Below, piece by piece: positions 26,901 to 37,567 of a stretch of 55,482 nucleotides of DNA; position 1 is the first letter of the stretch, and each line of letters begins with the position of its first letter. The translations under genes were made by a program, and so were the position numbers. A model generated the notes under the pieces. The model was given only the letters and a program-made list of their open reading frames with translations, had not been told where the DNA came from and did not search any database. Source of the stretch: Bdellovibrionales bacterium (GTDB lineage: Bacteria > Bdellovibrionota > Bdellovibrionia > Bdellovibrionales > UBA1609); the NCBI GenBank assembly GCA_050246815.1, contig JBFWVI010000019.1:1-55482 (forward strand). Direction: 5' to 3'.

Positions 26901-27587
26901 TCACGACTTGCGTTCGGCGACAATTTCCCAGGTGTAATAGCCGGGGATGGGCAATTTGATTTTATGTAGCCACCCTAGCCGCAATAAGGGGCGTCCCATC
27001 CATTTGAGCAACGGGTCGACTAAGGGATAAGCCAGCTGAATCTTTCTTTCTTTAAGCACGCGAAAACCGGCGGCTTCGACATCGGGCAAAAGCTGGTCAT
27101 TGGCGCTATATTCACGTAGGTGGGTGGGGTCCAGGACCCATCGCCCCTCACAGCGGTGAAAGTACCAGGCGTACCAACGCTTAAAAACCGTGGTCAAAAA
27201 AAGTCGGCCACCTGGCTTGGTCAAACGTGCCATTTCATTCAGCATGGCTTTTTGATCTGGCACATGTTCGATCACTTGAGTTGAAATCGCCAGATCAACG
27301 GATTGCGGCGCCAATTGCAATTGTTTCGAGACATCGGCTTGCACCAGTGTTGCACTGGGCAGATTCTGCGCCAAACGGTCTAGGCGCAGTCGTGAATGAT
27401 CGACGCCAATAAGTTGAAAGTGAGGTTTGATGCCGCTATTCGCGACTGACCGGAGCAACATGCCATCGCCACAGCCAAAGTCAGTGATGGTGCGACTATT
27501 TTTTTCTCGAAGCAGTTCAATCAGCCAGGTCGACAAATCGGTAACCTGCATGTGCTGACGTTTGGCGTAATCTTCCCAGTCCGTCAT
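26901..27587 (-). CDS. Class I SAM-dependent methyltransferase
   Basis: DFGCGDG, IGVD, QVIEHV, LTKPGGRL, THLREYS. Confidence 0.9.
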   Translation of the reverse strand: MTDWEDYAKRQHMQVTDLSTWLIELLREKNSRTITDFGCGDGMLLRSVANSGIKPHFQLIGVDHSRLRLDRLAQNLPSATLVQADVSKQLQLAPQSVDLAISTQVIEHVPDQKAMLNEMARLTKPGGRLFLTTVFKRWYAWYFHRCEGRWVLDPTHLREYSANDQLLPDVEAAGFRVLKERKIQLAYPLVDPLLKWMGRPLLRLGWLHKIKLPIPGYYTWEIVAERKS

Positions 27588-28744
27588 GCCACCGCCTTGC
27601 GGGGTTCTGGTTCATGGGTCAGTACCAGCCAGACCATGCCGTTAAAGATGATCGCCAAGGTCAAATAATCAGTGACGGGTAATTTCAAGATCATGCTTAA
27701 AATCAGCTCGGTGATCAGTGCCAAGCAGATCAGAGCAGGGCGTAGCAGCTTTTCGCGCACACAAGCCACTTGCACACAGAAGAACAAATTGGTTAAAAAC
27801 ACCATATTCACGCAGCTTAAGAAAATCCAAAGCAGCTGGTCCTTAAGTGCTGGGTTAAGTCTGGTTCCGATGGTCAGGCTGGCCACAAAAGCGGCAAGTC
27901 CAATCACCGCGCTGGCGATTAAGACGCGCCATCGATTCACTGAAATCCAGCGCACCAGCGTGTAACTTGAGGTGTGCTCACTGATTTGATGGGGCAGCAG
28001 CCATTGCGCAAAAATCAGGAAGCCGAAGAACACGGCTTTGTATAGAAGTGCGATCTTGGCAAATTCGCCGATAATCTCAGGGGTTTGAGTGCGGTGGATC
28101 GCGACCACATCCATCTGTGGAATGTAAACAGAGGCAAATGAAAGTAGGGCAGTCGCCCCGAGGCCACGGGCTAAGCGACGGCGCTTTTCGCGAATCAACG
28201 TCCAACGGTTGGCAAATAGAACCATGGTGGCAGCCATCCACACCAAGCCTGGTGCATAAGACAGAGCCACGGCCCAAGCCATTTCGATGCTTGGGTTGTC
28301 CACAGGAAAATTGGCGCCGGCTAAAACGAATTTGGCAATCCCCGTCAACAAAGTGCCAAGGCCCATCACCACAAAGGCTAGTTTGGACTGAGCTTGGCCG
28401 GTGAACCAGCTGAATATCACGCCTAAAAAAACGCCGATCAGCGCTACAGCAAAGCCATCAGCGTGGGGCAGATAAAATGGCCCACCCAAACTGAGTAAAC
28501 CCACGCTCACCGCACCCCAGCTTAAAATTTTCAGTGTTCGCGGGCGGGTTGAAAAGAAATTGGCGGCGTATTGCGCAAAAGCGCCTAAACTCAAGGCGAT
28601 GGAGTAGTAGGCGATCCAGCTGGTGAGTTCGCCAAACTCCAGGCTGCTGAGCCGAGTCGCGGCCCACAATTGAAAAAGGTAGTGTAAAACACCGGCGGCC
28701 ACACTGGCCAGAGCGAAAAATGCAGCTCCTTGTGCGGTCTTCAT
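27584..28744 (-). CDS. Polytopic membrane protein, Wzx/MOP-like flippase
   Basis: About 11-12 TMs, YLFQLWAATRLSSLEFGE, D.VAIH...GEFA pattern; coupled within the glycan operon. Confidence 0.6.
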   Translation of the reverse strand: MKTAQGAAFFALASVAAGVLHYLFQLWAATRLSSLEFGELTSWIAYYSIALSLGAFAQYAANFFSTRPRTLKILSWGAVSVGLLSLGGPFYLPHADGFAVALIGVFLGVIFSWFTGQAQSKLAFVVMGLGTLLTGIAKFVLAGANFPVDNPSIEMAWAVALSYAPGLVWMAATMVLFANRWTLIREKRRRLARGLGATALLSFASVYIPQMDVVAIHRTQTPEIIGEFAKIALLYKAVFFGFLIFAQWLLPHQISEHTSSYTLVRWISVNRWRVLIASAVIGLAAFVASLTIGTRLNPALKDQLLWIFLSCVNMVFLTNLFFCVQVACVREKLLRPALICLALITELILSMILKLPVTDYLTLAIIFNGMVWLVLTHEPEPRKAVA

Positions 28745-30621
28745 TTAAGACAAAACTCCGGTGCTTGATGTACAGGACGTGCTCTTTCGCGACTGCGGCA
28801 GGTGTCAGAACTGGTCTGCTCAAATCCCAACTCATTACATACTTGAGTCATAAAACTTTTTGCGACTTTTGGGTCGAACACAATCCAATCCATAGGTAAA
28901 CATTGTGCCAGATGGGCCAATTGGGCTTTCGCCGCCGTCGGGTTTTGCTGAATGAAATGCAGGTACTTTTCATGGAGCGGCATAATTTGCATCAACCGAC
29001 GGTTGCGATCAGAAACCGTGTCTGTTGCCGAGTTGATAATTTTGCATTGGCTGCCGCGCATCGATTGTAAAAAATAATAGTATTCAAGTAAGCCCCAGGT
29101 GCCTGACACATAAGGGTAGTACATGCCGTAGCCGCAGTCCTTACCGTCAGCTAAATCTTGGCGTTGCGGCACGATACGGCTGACGGGTAACTCATTTAAC
29201 AAAGGCGGCAGTTCGATCAAGGCGAGTAGTGGAAGCACGCCACCCAGAATCAGTTTGTTTTTGAGTTTGGGCCATAGCACATTTGTTGTGGCTGAAGATG
29301 TTTTTTCTTTTTTTCCCTTGGCTTTCGCAGTCACGGTGCCGGATCGGTCCAGCCATGCGTGCAGAAAAAAACCTGCCACCATTAAGATTCCAAAGTTGGC
29401 GAAAACACCCGCGCGTGAGGGCACACGAAATTGCGACATCAGGGCGTACAGCCATGCTGAGGGGCCAGGAATGGGAAGCGCATCGGGTGCGAAAGACAGC
29501 CACATGCAAAAACCAGAGAAGGCGATGAAAAGCCAGATTGTTTTTCTTTCTGTCGCACTCCACATCTGTTTGCGGGTGTTTTCGGTCAAAGCCCAGATCG
29601 CGGCGGCAAAAGCAAGCCAGATCAGCCAGCGTATGCCATTGGTGCGTTCATGTTGGTTGGATTCGCCCAAGTGAGAGTGGGCTTGCGCCGTCAGCCAGCC
29701 GCGCACGGGGTTCACGTCATTCGGGCCGGTCGCCAATTCGCCAGTGAAATAATCCACGGGATGTGTCGCGAAGCGGGTTAAAAATGGGTGCCTCTCACCA
29801 CCGTCGGTTTCACCGGTTTTGATGTGGGTGATTGTGTCAGGCTTGATCCAAGCGCTGGGAAGCGGTTTATAATAGCTCCAACCGATCAGCAGTACGGCAG
29901 GGAGGCTGGCCGTAATTGTGCGTTGAAGGATTCGTTTTGGTTCGGCCTTGGTTTCGGGCATCAGCAGCACGTATGCTACGAAGAAAGGCGCTACAAAAGC
30001 CAAAATGATGATGTAGTAATGAGCCACGGTGACAGAAAGCAGCAGGCATAAGGCCGCTAATGCCAAACTTTTTCGCGAGCGTCCTTGCACAGCTAAATAA
30101 AGTCCCAACACCACCAGAGGTAAGTGATAAACGCCGGCCAGCGCCATATGTACCTTGGCGCGAGCCCGAGTGTAGGCGCTAAAAGCCCAGCAAATGGAAA
30201 GTGCCAGTGATAAACCTTGCGACCAGCCAAGTACCCGAGCCATCAGATAAAAACTAATGCCGGTCATAGCGAACAAGACAAAAACAAAAAAAGTTGAAGC
30301 TTGCTCAACCGGAATAAAGGGAGAAGTCAGACTGACCGCTACTTTCTCGATCCATGGCAGCCAAATAGCAAAACCTTCTGGAGGGTTCAAGCGATCGGTG
30401 GGGATGGCACCGAACAGCAAATTGCCAGGGGCGTGACGAAAGTGTTCGATCATGAGGGAGTAGTTGTAAGGCAGTGTCGCGGGGTCGCTGCCGTCACTCA
30501 TCACTCGGTCGCGACGTCCCTCAAGAAGTAGCCCGCCACCAGGGCTCAGATAAAGAAACGACAAAAGCAACAGAAATAGAATACGGCCCCAATCACTGCG
30601 CCGCAGATTCAGTTTTTCCAC
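28741..30621 (-). CDS. Large polytopic membrane protein, GT-C/YfhO-like
   Basis: N-terminal TM then acidic loop (SDGSDP), many TMs, QFRVPSRAG, periplasmic C-terminal domain. Confidence 0.55.
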   Translation of the reverse strand: MEKLNLRRSDWGRILFLLLLSFLYLSPGGGLLLEGRRDRVMSDGSDPATLPYNYSLMIEHFRHAPGNLLFGAIPTDRLNPPEGFAIWLPWIEKVAVSLTSPFIPVEQASTFFVFVLFAMTGISFYLMARVLGWSQGLSLALSICWAFSAYTRARAKVHMALAGVYHLPLVVLGLYLAVQGRSRKSLALAALCLLLSVTVAHYYIIILAFVAPFFVAYVLLMPETKAEPKRILQRTITASLPAVLLIGWSYYKPLPSAWIKPDTITHIKTGETDGGERHPFLTRFATHPVDYFTGELATGPNDVNPVRGWLTAQAHSHLGESNQHERTNGIRWLIWLAFAAAIWALTENTRKQMWSATERKTIWLFIAFSGFCMWLSFAPDALPIPGPSAWLYALMSQFRVPSRAGVFANFGILMVAGFFLHAWLDRSGTVTAKAKGKKEKTSSATTNVLWPKLKNKLILGGVLPLLALIELPPLLNELPVSRIVPQRQDLADGKDCGYGMYYPYVSGTWGLLEYYYFLQSMRGSQCKIINSATDTVSDRNRRLMQIMPLHEKYLHFIQQNPTAAKAQLAHLAQCLPMDWIVFDPKVAKSFMTQVCNELGFEQTSSDTCRSRERARPVHQAPEFCLK

Positions 30622-31438
30622 CCTTCACCTCGTTCTTTATTTCAGTGGCGTTGAATCTTTTTAGCCGGCGGTACAAGGCCCAAGTGTCGCCTAACAAACT
30701 AAAGCCCACGCGTAGCACGTGGTAAAGGTCTTTAAGTAAATTGCGGTTGTTGCGGTCAAAATAATCCAAGCGTACTGGCGCTTCGAGCACTTTGCCATAG
30801 CCAAAGGTGCGCGCCAGGCAAAGTAGCTCCAAATCAAACCCGTAGCGATTAATTTCAAGGTGAGGCAAAATAGCGTCGATCACTTGGCGACGAAAAAGTT
30901 TAATGCCCACTTGAGTGTCCGTGACATCCACATAAAAAATATTACGGATCACGATTTGAAACATCAAACTCAAAAATTTTCTGTACCAAGGGTAGTCCAC
31001 GTTGGATTGCGGGTGTCGCTTAGAGCCGATGACAATGTCGGCTTGATAGAGAGCCATCAAGCCGACAAAAATTTTAATTTCGCGCGGGTGCAACTCCATA
31101 CCGCCATCGATGAACAGAATGTATTCGCCCACAGCGCGTTTGAAACCCGAACGCACCGCATGGCCTTTACCCATGTTCTTTTCAACAACAATCAGTTTGA
31201 CGTCCGGGTGACGAAATGAAAAAACCCGCAGGTTTGTTTCGTCGGTGCTGCCGTCGCTGACCACCAGAATTTCAAAACGCGGAAAATACTCTTCGATCTC
31301 ACTGATTAAAAGGTCCAGGTTGTCGACGATATTGCGAGCTTCATTAAAAACCGGCACGATGATGCTGATCTTTGATCGCGACAATTCGGGAAACAAGTGA
31401 TTGGCGTTCGACAAGTTGTGAACCTCAGGTTGGCCCAT
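30593..31438 (-). CDS. GT2 glycosyltransferase, DPM1/DPG-synthase-like (polyprenyl-phosphate sugar synthase)
   Basis: SIIVPVFNE, DGSTDET, NMGKGHAV, DIVIGSK, DTQVGIKLF, YGFDLELL; start uncertain. Confidence 0.85.
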   Translation of the reverse strand: MGQPEVHNLSNANHLFPELSRSKISIIVPVFNEARNIVDNLDLLISEIEEYFPRFEILVVSDGSTDETNLRVFSFRHPDVKLIVVEKNMGKGHAVRSGFKRAVGEYILFIDGGMELHPREIKIFVGLMALYQADIVIGSKRHPQSNVDYPWYRKFLSLMFQIVIRNIFYVDVTDTQVGIKLFRRQVIDAILPHLEINRYGFDLELLCLARTFGYGKVLEAPVRLDYFDRNNRNLLKDLYHVLRVGFSLLGDTWALYRRLKRFNATEIKNEVKGGKTESAAQ

Positions 31439-31481
31439 CAACATTATGTAAGATGTATGATTTGAAAACAATTTATTGGGC

Positions 31482-32498
31482 TTAGGGAGCCCACTTGATC
31501 TCGCCTTTGATCCAGCGCACGGTATTGACCGCTAGACCTTTTAAGACCCCCAAACCGACAGCGAATAACACCGCAACGTGAAGGGGCGCAAGTTTCAGGC
31601 CTTCTTTCCAGTTTTGAGCAAGCCAACGAGCGGAAAGCGCCATCAAAATGATCGTTGAGATCAAAGCTCCAAAGGCAACTTTGGGTTCGGCGACCAACAA
31701 AGAAAGCCAAAGCGCCAGTAACATCGAGCCAAGCACAATCGCCTTGAAAATCCAGCCGCGCTGCTGAAAGACGTGGTATTCCACCAGCCCGGGGCCGCGG
31801 TCATAAAGCCGCCACAAGAAGGCGCTTAAGGTTTCGCGCGGCACCCACCAGTACCACAAATTTGGTGCCAACCGGAGTGGCTGGGTTTCGACCATACGGC
31901 GCATGAGGGCGGTGTCGTCGCTGAGCAGTGCGGTCGGCCCCATGGCGTGGCAGGCATTTAAAAATAATACTTTTGGCATCAAAACGGCCGTGGTGCCCTT
32001 TAAATATTGCTCATAATTTTGTGGAGTCAAATCTATCGGACCCGCAGCCATGTCTTTGAAGTGGCGGCGAAAGATCGCGCGATGGGAGCGATCCCAATAA
32101 AGGCAAAACAAGTTGCGTGACACATCGATGCGAGCCTGGGGTTGAAGAAAATCTGAATCGCGCCAGTATTGCTGAAGCTGTGTGGCAAAATCCGGGGCGA
32201 GCTCAATTCGGGCGTCAATAAAAAGAATGTGTTTGGTGGTGGCCGCTTGGGCGCCCCTTAAGCGGGCGATATAGCGTCCGCGATTTTCTTCGAGTCGTAG
32301 CAGGCGCACTCGCGAATCTTGTTTAGAAAGATCTTGTGCGATTTGAGGGGTGTCGTCAGTAGAGCCGTCATCGACTAAAATTACTTCTGTGGCGAGATCC
32401 ATCATGCCAGATCGGACAAGCGACCCAACCAGCTGAGGCAAAAATTCACCCATATTGTAAACCGGGATCACCACCGAGATTTGAATGGGTTTAACCAT
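31482..32498 (-). CDS. GT2 glycosyltransferase with C-terminal TMs
   Basis: SVVIPVYN, VDDGSTDDT, NRGRYIAR, FIDAR; three C-terminal hydrophobic helices. Confidence 0.85.
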   Translation of the reverse strand: MVKPIQISVVIPVYNMGEFLPQLVGSLVRSGMMDLATEVILVDDGSTDDTPQIAQDLSKQDSRVRLLRLEENRGRYIARLRGAQAATTKHILFIDARIELAPDFATQLQQYWRDSDFLQPQARIDVSRNLFCLYWDRSHRAIFRRHFKDMAAGPIDLTPQNYEQYLKGTTAVLMPKVLFLNACHAMGPTALLSDDTALMRRMVETQPLRLAPNLWYWWVPRETLSAFLWRLYDRGPGLVEYHVFQQRGWIFKAIVLGSMLLALWLSLLVAEPKVAFGALISTIILMALSARWLAQNWKEGLKLAPLHVAVLFAVGLGVLKGLAVNTVRWIKGEIKWAP

Positions 32499-33573
32499 AA
32501 ATGTAGCTTTCGAGGATGTTGAGCATAATTTCGGTTGGGCTGGTGGTTGGCACGACCGGTGGTCTGCGAAATCTTTGTGGATTGGCAAGAAAGTCTTGGA
32601 TAATTTGCGGATCAAATTTACTTAAAATTGCCGTCGAGCCCAAACCTTCGCGTCGTTCTGTGGCGTTGCGCAAAAGCAGACAAGGTACGCCCAGATAATA
32701 GGTTTCTTCTTGATTGCTGCCGCCATCCGAAATTAAAAATTCGGCCTGTTTGACCAGGCTAATGAAGGCATCGAACGTCATTCGGGGACAAAGCTCAACG
32801 CCAGCCGCTTCAAGCCGTGCCCGATCCAGCGGTGACTGGGCGATTTTGTGCTCGGTCTGCGGATGCATAACAAAAATCACGCGATACCTGGCAGCGGCCT
32901 GCAAAGTGGTTTCAACAAGAGCCGACCAGCGCTTTTGCGAATTTAAATTTTCAAAACGATGCAGGTTGACCAGGCAAAGTGGCTTATCGCTTTTTTGCAA
33001 AGCTTGAACGTCAGTCAAATGCACGGCATCGATCAGGCTGTTGCCTTGGGTGTTAACCACCCGGCCCTTCATTCTTTTTAAATTTTCGACGGCGACCTGG
33101 TCTGGAGCGAAATGCAACCGAGCGAGTCGTGAGACAAGGCGGCGGCAGATCTCTTCAGGAAAGGGTTGCCACCAATTGGCCGATCTCAAGCCGGCTTCCA
33201 CATGGGCCAGTGGCCAGCCCAGTCGTTTTGCCCAAATCGAGCCGACTAGGGTGGACAATGTGTCGCCATGCACGATCACCCAATTTTGTTGTTTAGGATC
33301 GGCCTTCGCGAGTAGTGGAAAGGGCTGCGTGAAAAGGGCTTTGACAAACCATTTGCCTGCTTGGCCCGAGTGCCCCAGATCATGTGACGAGTTTAAAAGT
33401 GTTTGTGCCTGCTGCCTTGGCAAGCCAAAGCTATCATACTGGCGCCAGAAATTTGTCGAGCTTTGTCCAGTGCTGACCACGTAATAACGCCAGCCCTTAA
33501 GGCCTGCGGCCTTGATCAGGGGTTGGACTTTGATCAGCTCGGCTGCGGTACCGAGAACAAAGAACAAAGTCAT
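32491..33573 (-). CDS. wecB: UDP-N-acetylglucosamine 2-epimerase (non-hydrolysing), divergent
   Basis: GTAAELIK, STGQ, VHGDTLST, HVEAGLRS, PFPEE, LHRFEN, QEE, TERREG. Confidence 0.85.
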   Translation of the reverse strand: MTLFFVLGTAAELIKVQPLIKAAGLKGWRYYVVSTGQSSTNFWRQYDSFGLPRQQAQTLLNSSHDLGHSGQAGKWFVKALFTQPFPLLAKADPKQQNWVIVHGDTLSTLVGSIWAKRLGWPLAHVEAGLRSANWWQPFPEEICRRLVSRLARLHFAPDQVAVENLKRMKGRVVNTQGNSLIDAVHLTDVQALQKSDKPLCLVNLHRFENLNSQKRWSALVETTLQAAARYRVIFVMHPQTEHKIAQSPLDRARLEAAGVELCPRMTFDAFISLVKQAEFLISDGGSNQEETYYLGVPCLLLRNATERREGLGSTAILSKFDPQIIQDFLANPQRFRRPPVVPTTSPTEIMLNILESYIYG

Positions 33574-34265
33574 CTTGTGCAGAGTTCCTGCCAAAGGCAT
33601 TTAAGAAAACGAAGTCCCGTGGGAATAGAAGGTGCTTTGGTCTCGCCACCGATGCGTTGTCCTTCTTGGGTGGGAAATTCGACGATCACTTTTTTCATTT
33701 TAAAAGAACGAATGGTCATCTGATATTCGATGGTGTAGCCAACGGCATCCAGCTGCAGTTCTTGCAAAAGGGTGCGTCGTACTCCACGAAAGCCATTGAT
33801 CGAATCCGTGACGTATTGGCCAATGCGGCGAAAGAAAAGATTGGCCAAAAGATTAAATGCATTATTGGCCCATTTGCGCCAGCGCAGAAGATGAATGTCT
33901 TCTTCGTTGCGAGCGCCCTTCATCATGCGACTGGCGATCACCAGGTCGGTTTGTCCATCGAAAAAAGACTTAAATTTGGGGATATCCTGCCAATTTTCAT
34001 TGCCGTCAGGGCTAAAAAAAACAATGTAGTCGCTTTTGGCATTTTCTGCGGCGAAGCGCATGGCCTCGCCGCGGCCGCGCGAACGTTGTTGAAGCACGCG
34101 TATTCCATGTTGCGCATAGAGTTCCAGTGAACCGTCGGTGGAACCGCCATCAACCGCGAAAATTTCGTCCACGCCCAGACGGGCGAAGTCTTTCAAAATG
34201 GGAAGATGATGTCGTAAACCTTCAATTTCGTTCCAGGTTAAAAGCACCAAAGAAACTCTAGGCAT
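33570..34265 (-). CDS. GT2 glycosyltransferase, DPM1-like
   Basis: WNE, VDGGSTDGS, GRGEA, SPDGNE, DLVIASR, TDSINGFRG. Confidence 0.85.
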   Translation of the reverse strand: MPRVSLVLLTWNEIEGLRHHLPILKDFARLGVDEIFAVDGGSTDGSLELYAQHGIRVLQQRSRGRGEAMRFAAENAKSDYIVFFSPDGNENWQDIPKFKSFFDGQTDLVIASRMMKGARNEEDIHLLRWRKWANNAFNLLANLFFRRIGQYVTDSINGFRGVRRTLLQELQLDAVGYTIEYQMTIRSFKMKKVIVEFPTQEGQRIGGETKAPSIPTGLRFLKCLWQELCTR

Positions 34266-35253
34266 CGGGCATTCCTTCTTCCAGGTACCACTCCACCGTA
34301 CGGAGTAACCCTTGTTGCAAGTCCACTTTTGCCTCAAAGCCGATGGATTTTTTTGCTTTGCTTACGTCGCAGTGGCGGCGAGGCTGGCCTTCGGGGCGGG
34401 CAGTATCAAAAATGTAAGGTACTTTTTCACGATGGGTTTGTTGGTGAATCTGCGAAAGCATTTCCACCAGTTGCGCGATGGTGGTTTCTTCATCGCGGCC
34501 CAAATTCAAGGGTTCTGGGGTCTGGGCCTTTTCTGCCACTTGCATCAGGCCGGCGACAAAATCTTCCACGTACAAAAAGCTTCGGCTTTGTTGACCCGAA
34601 CCCCAAACTTTCAAGGGACGCTCCTTCGTTTTCCATATTCGTCGAATCAGGGCTGGAATCACATGAGAGCTTTGTGGGTTAAAGTTATCCCGGGGGCCAT
34701 AACAATTGTAGGGTCTGGCCACGCCAATGCTCATGCCGTATTCTTGACTATAGGATTGGCCCATAAATTCTTGCATGCGTTTCGCCCAGCCATAGGCTTC
34801 ATTGGTTTCTTCGGGGCGACCGTTAAAACCTTCGCTCTCGGGAGTCGGAATCGGCACAATACGCGGGTAAACGCAGGCCGAGCTGGTGATCATCACCCGC
34901 TCCATCTTGGCCAAACGGGCGGCTTCAAGACAATTTAAAAAAACTGAAATGTTATCACGAAATATTGAGGCCGGATGAGCCATATTGTATTCAATGCCAC
35001 CAACCTGAGCCGCCAAATGCATGAGGCAAGCATTGCCTTGCATGATTTTCTTAGTTTTTTCTGAGTCGTTCAAATCAACTTCAACCAAATCGATGTCAGC
35101 CAACGCATTTTTTAAAAAGCGAGTCGCATTTTTTTTAGAGCGGGTGGGCACACGCACTTTGGCGCCTTGGCGAAGCAATTCTTCCACTAAAAAGCTGCCT
35201 ACGAATCCGGTGCCGCCTGTGACAACGACTTTTTTACCGCGCCAAAAACTCAT
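34258..35253 (-). CDS. fcl: GDP-L-fucose/GDP-L-colitose synthase-like epimerase-reductase (Fcl/ColC)
   Basis: [40 protein letters not shown]...SHVIPAL, VWGSG. Confidence 0.8.
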   Translation of the reverse strand: MSFWRGKKVVVTGGTGFVGSFLVEELLRQGAKVRVPTRSKKNATRFLKNALADIDLVEVDLNDSEKTKKIMQGNACLMHLAAQVGGIEYNMAHPASIFRDNISVFLNCLEAARLAKMERVMITSSACVYPRIVPIPTPESEGFNGRPEETNEAYGWAKRMQEFMGQSYSQEYGMSIGVARPYNCYGPRDNFNPQSSHVIPALIRRIWKTKERPLKVWGSGQQSRSFLYVEDFVAGLMQVAEKAQTPEPLNLGRDEETTIAQLVEMLSQIHQQTHREKVPYIFDTARPEGQPRRHCDVSKAKKSIGFEAKVDLQQGLLRTVEWYLEEGMPDA

Positions 35254-36296
35254 GCCGTGGTTCCCTGATCGGGCAGATCCATGCTTAATCCCAATTGTGA
35301 CATGTCACTTTTCACCATCAAACGCACCAATTCGCGGAACGTGGTCTTGGGTTTCCAGCTGAGTATTTGTTGGGCTTTGCTGTTGTCGCCAAGCAACATG
35401 TCAACTTCAGTGGGACGGAAGTAGCGAGGATCGACTTCCACGTAATCTTGCCACTTCAAATTGACCAGGCTAAAGGCCTCATCCAAGAATTCGCGGACGG
35501 AATGGGTTTCCCCGCTGGCCACCACGAAGTCATCGCCCTTCGGCTGCTGCAGCATCAGCCACATGGCTTCAACGTAATCCTTGGCGTAACCCCAGTCGCG
35601 TTTGGCATCTAAATTCCCCAAATAAAGCTTTTTGTCTTTTCCAGCCAAAATGCGAGCAAGTCCGCGCGTGATTTTGCGGGTCACAAAAGTTTCCCCTCGG
35701 CGCGGGGATTCATGATTGAATAAGATGCCGTTTGAACAATGCATCTTATAGGCTTCGCGGTAATTCACAGTGGCCCAAAACCCCATTACCTTGGCGCAGG
35801 CGTATGGCGAGCGGGGATAAAAGGGGGTGGTTTCTTTCTGTGGCGATTCTTGCACCATGCCATACATTTCAGAGGAGCTTGCTTGGTAAAATCGGATTTC
35901 TTTTTTGTCGCCGATGGTGCGAATGGCCTCAAGAATGCGAAACGTCGACATGGCCACGGTGTCTGCGGTGTAAAGTGGGATATCAAAACTCACGCGCACA
36001 TGGCTTTGCGCAGCCAGGTGATAGATTTCGTCAGGCATCACTTTGCGAATGATGGATTCTAAGGACGAGCCATCGGTGATATCGCCATAGTGCAAAGTTA
36101 GGCGCACATCTTCGGCATGAGGATCTTGAAAGATGTGCAAGATGCGCCCGGTGTTGAATGAGGATGAGCGGCGAATAATTCCATGGACCTCATAGTCCTT
36201 TTCAAGTAGCAGTTCAGCCAAATAGGACCCGTCTTGGCCGGTTATTCCCGTGATCAATGCGACTTTTTTTCTTTGCGCGGACATAGGGATCCTCAC
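35250..36296 (-). CDS. gmd: GDP-mannose 4,6-dehydratase
   Basis: [74 protein letters not shown]. Confidence 0.97.
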   Translation of the reverse strand: MRIPMSAQRKKVALITGITGQDGSYLAELLLEKDYEVHGIIRRSSSFNTGRILHIFQDPHAEDVRLTLHYGDITDGSSLESIIRKVMPDEIYHLAAQSHVRVSFDIPLYTADTVAMSTFRILEAIRTIGDKKEIRFYQASSSEMYGMVQESPQKETTPFYPRSPYACAKVMGFWATVNYREAYKMHCSNGILFNHESPRRGETFVTRKITRGLARILAGKDKKLYLGNLDAKRDWGYAKDYVEAMWLMLQQPKGDDFVVASGETHSVREFLDEAFSLVNLKWQDYVEVDPRYFRPTEVDMLLGDNSKAQQILSWKPKTTFRELVRLMVKSDMSQLGLSMDLPDQGTTA

Positions 36297-37567
36297 TTCT
36301 TATAAAAACTCTCGACGGCTTTGGCGATATGTTGCACATGTCGTTGATCCATCAGCGGATGGCTGCCCCAGTAAATACCGCGACGCATAATCTCTTGGGC
36401 GTTAAGTAGTGGCCCACCTAAACGATGAGGGAAAAGCTTTAAAAAAGGCTGTTCGGCTAAATTGCCGGCCACGATAGGGCGAGTTTCAATCTTCCACTGC
36501 TCCAAGTGCTTCATCAATTGCGCGCGTTGATTTTGCCGGGGTCCCTGCAGCAACAAGGGAAAGCCAAACCAAGTGTGGGTTGCGCCTTCGGTGGGTTCGA
36601 TCCACATCATGTGAGTCTGCCACGGCTCAAGTGCGGCGCGTGTTTGCATGGCGATTTTAATACGTATTTGGTTGAAGCGATCCAGTTTTTCAAGCTGCTT
36701 TAGACCAATGGCCGCATTGACATCGGTGGAACGCAGGTTGAAGCCAGTGTTCACAAATAAAAAACGTGGGTCCAGATGAGAATGCTTTTTTTCAATTTCG
36801 GCCCTTGAGTGCATGTGCCGGGTCCATCCATGCGCGCGCAAACAACGCATCAGATCGGCGTATTCATCGTCATCGGTGACGATCATACCACCTTCAATGG
36901 TGGTGATATGATGGCTAAAATAAAAAGAAAAACTCGCGGCCAAACCAAACGAGCCGGTCTTTTTGCCGCGGAATTCCGTGCCCAGGGCTTCGCAGCTGTC
37001 CTCCAGCAAAATCAGTCCATTCTCTTTTGCCAAACCGATCAGGCCCGTCATGTCGGCACTGTTGCCAAGAATATGAGCAACAAAAATCGCTTTGGTTTTG
37101 GGGCCAATGGCTTTTCGTGCGGCCTCGACACTGAGATTCAAGGTTTTCAAATCAGCATCCACAAGCACTGGCACAAGACAGGCACCCACCACCGGAGTTA
37201 AAGTGGTGGACCAAGTGACGGCGGGCACCAGCACTTCATCGCCTGGGTTTAAGCGTAGGCCTTTAGGTGTCTCGGGGTTTCGCAAGGCTTCGATCATCAG
37301 CAGGTTGGCCGATGATCCTGAATTGACCATAATCGCGTGGCGCCGACCGATGTATTGGGCGAAACGTTTCTCAAACTCCAAAACTTTTTCACCCATGGTC
37401 AATTTTTGTTCTAAAAAGCAGCGCAAGACGGCTTCCATCTCTTCAAGTCCCGTGGTTGGCGCTGAAAGAGGGACTTGGTCGGGATGGATTAGCAAAGACT
37501 GATCAAAATGATTTTTGAGCGCGGGCCGTAAGCTTGCAAGCAATTGATCAATAGGTGTGGAACTCAT
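36293..37567 (-). CDS. colD: PLP-dependent GDP-4-keto-6-deoxymannose 3-dehydratase (ColD-like, DegT family)
   Basis: [31 protein letters not shown] (His in place of the Schiff-base Lys), LRAHGWTR, no Fe-S Cys cluster; adjacent to gmd and fcl. Confidence 0.8.
   Translation of the reverse strand: MSSTPIDQLLASLRPALKNHFDQSLLIHPDQVPLSAPTTGLEEMEAVLRCFLEQKLTMGEKVLEFEKRFAQYIGRRHAIMVNSGSSANLLMIEALRNPETPKGLRLNPGDEVLVPAVTWSTTLTPVVGACLVPVLVDADLKTLNLSVEAARKAIGPKTKAIFVAHILGNSADMTGLIGLAKENGLILLEDSCEALGTEFRGKKTGSFGLAASFSFYFSHHITTIEGGMIVTDDDEYADLMRCLRAHGWTRHMHSRAEIEKKHSHLDPRFLFVNTGFNLRSTDVNAAIGLKQLEKLDRFNQIRIKIAMQTRAALEPWQTHMMWIEPTEGATHTWFGFPLLLQGPRQNQRAQLMKHLEQWKIETRPIVAGNLAEQPFLKLFPHRLGGPLLNAQEIMRRGIYWGSHPLMDQRHVQHIAKAVESFYKK

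Noticed and set aside
36293..37567. Perosamine synthase or CDP-sugar 3-dehydratase RfbH/E1
   Set aside because: No Schiff-base Lys (His instead), no Fe-S Cys cluster, and neighbours are GDP-mannose pathway genes
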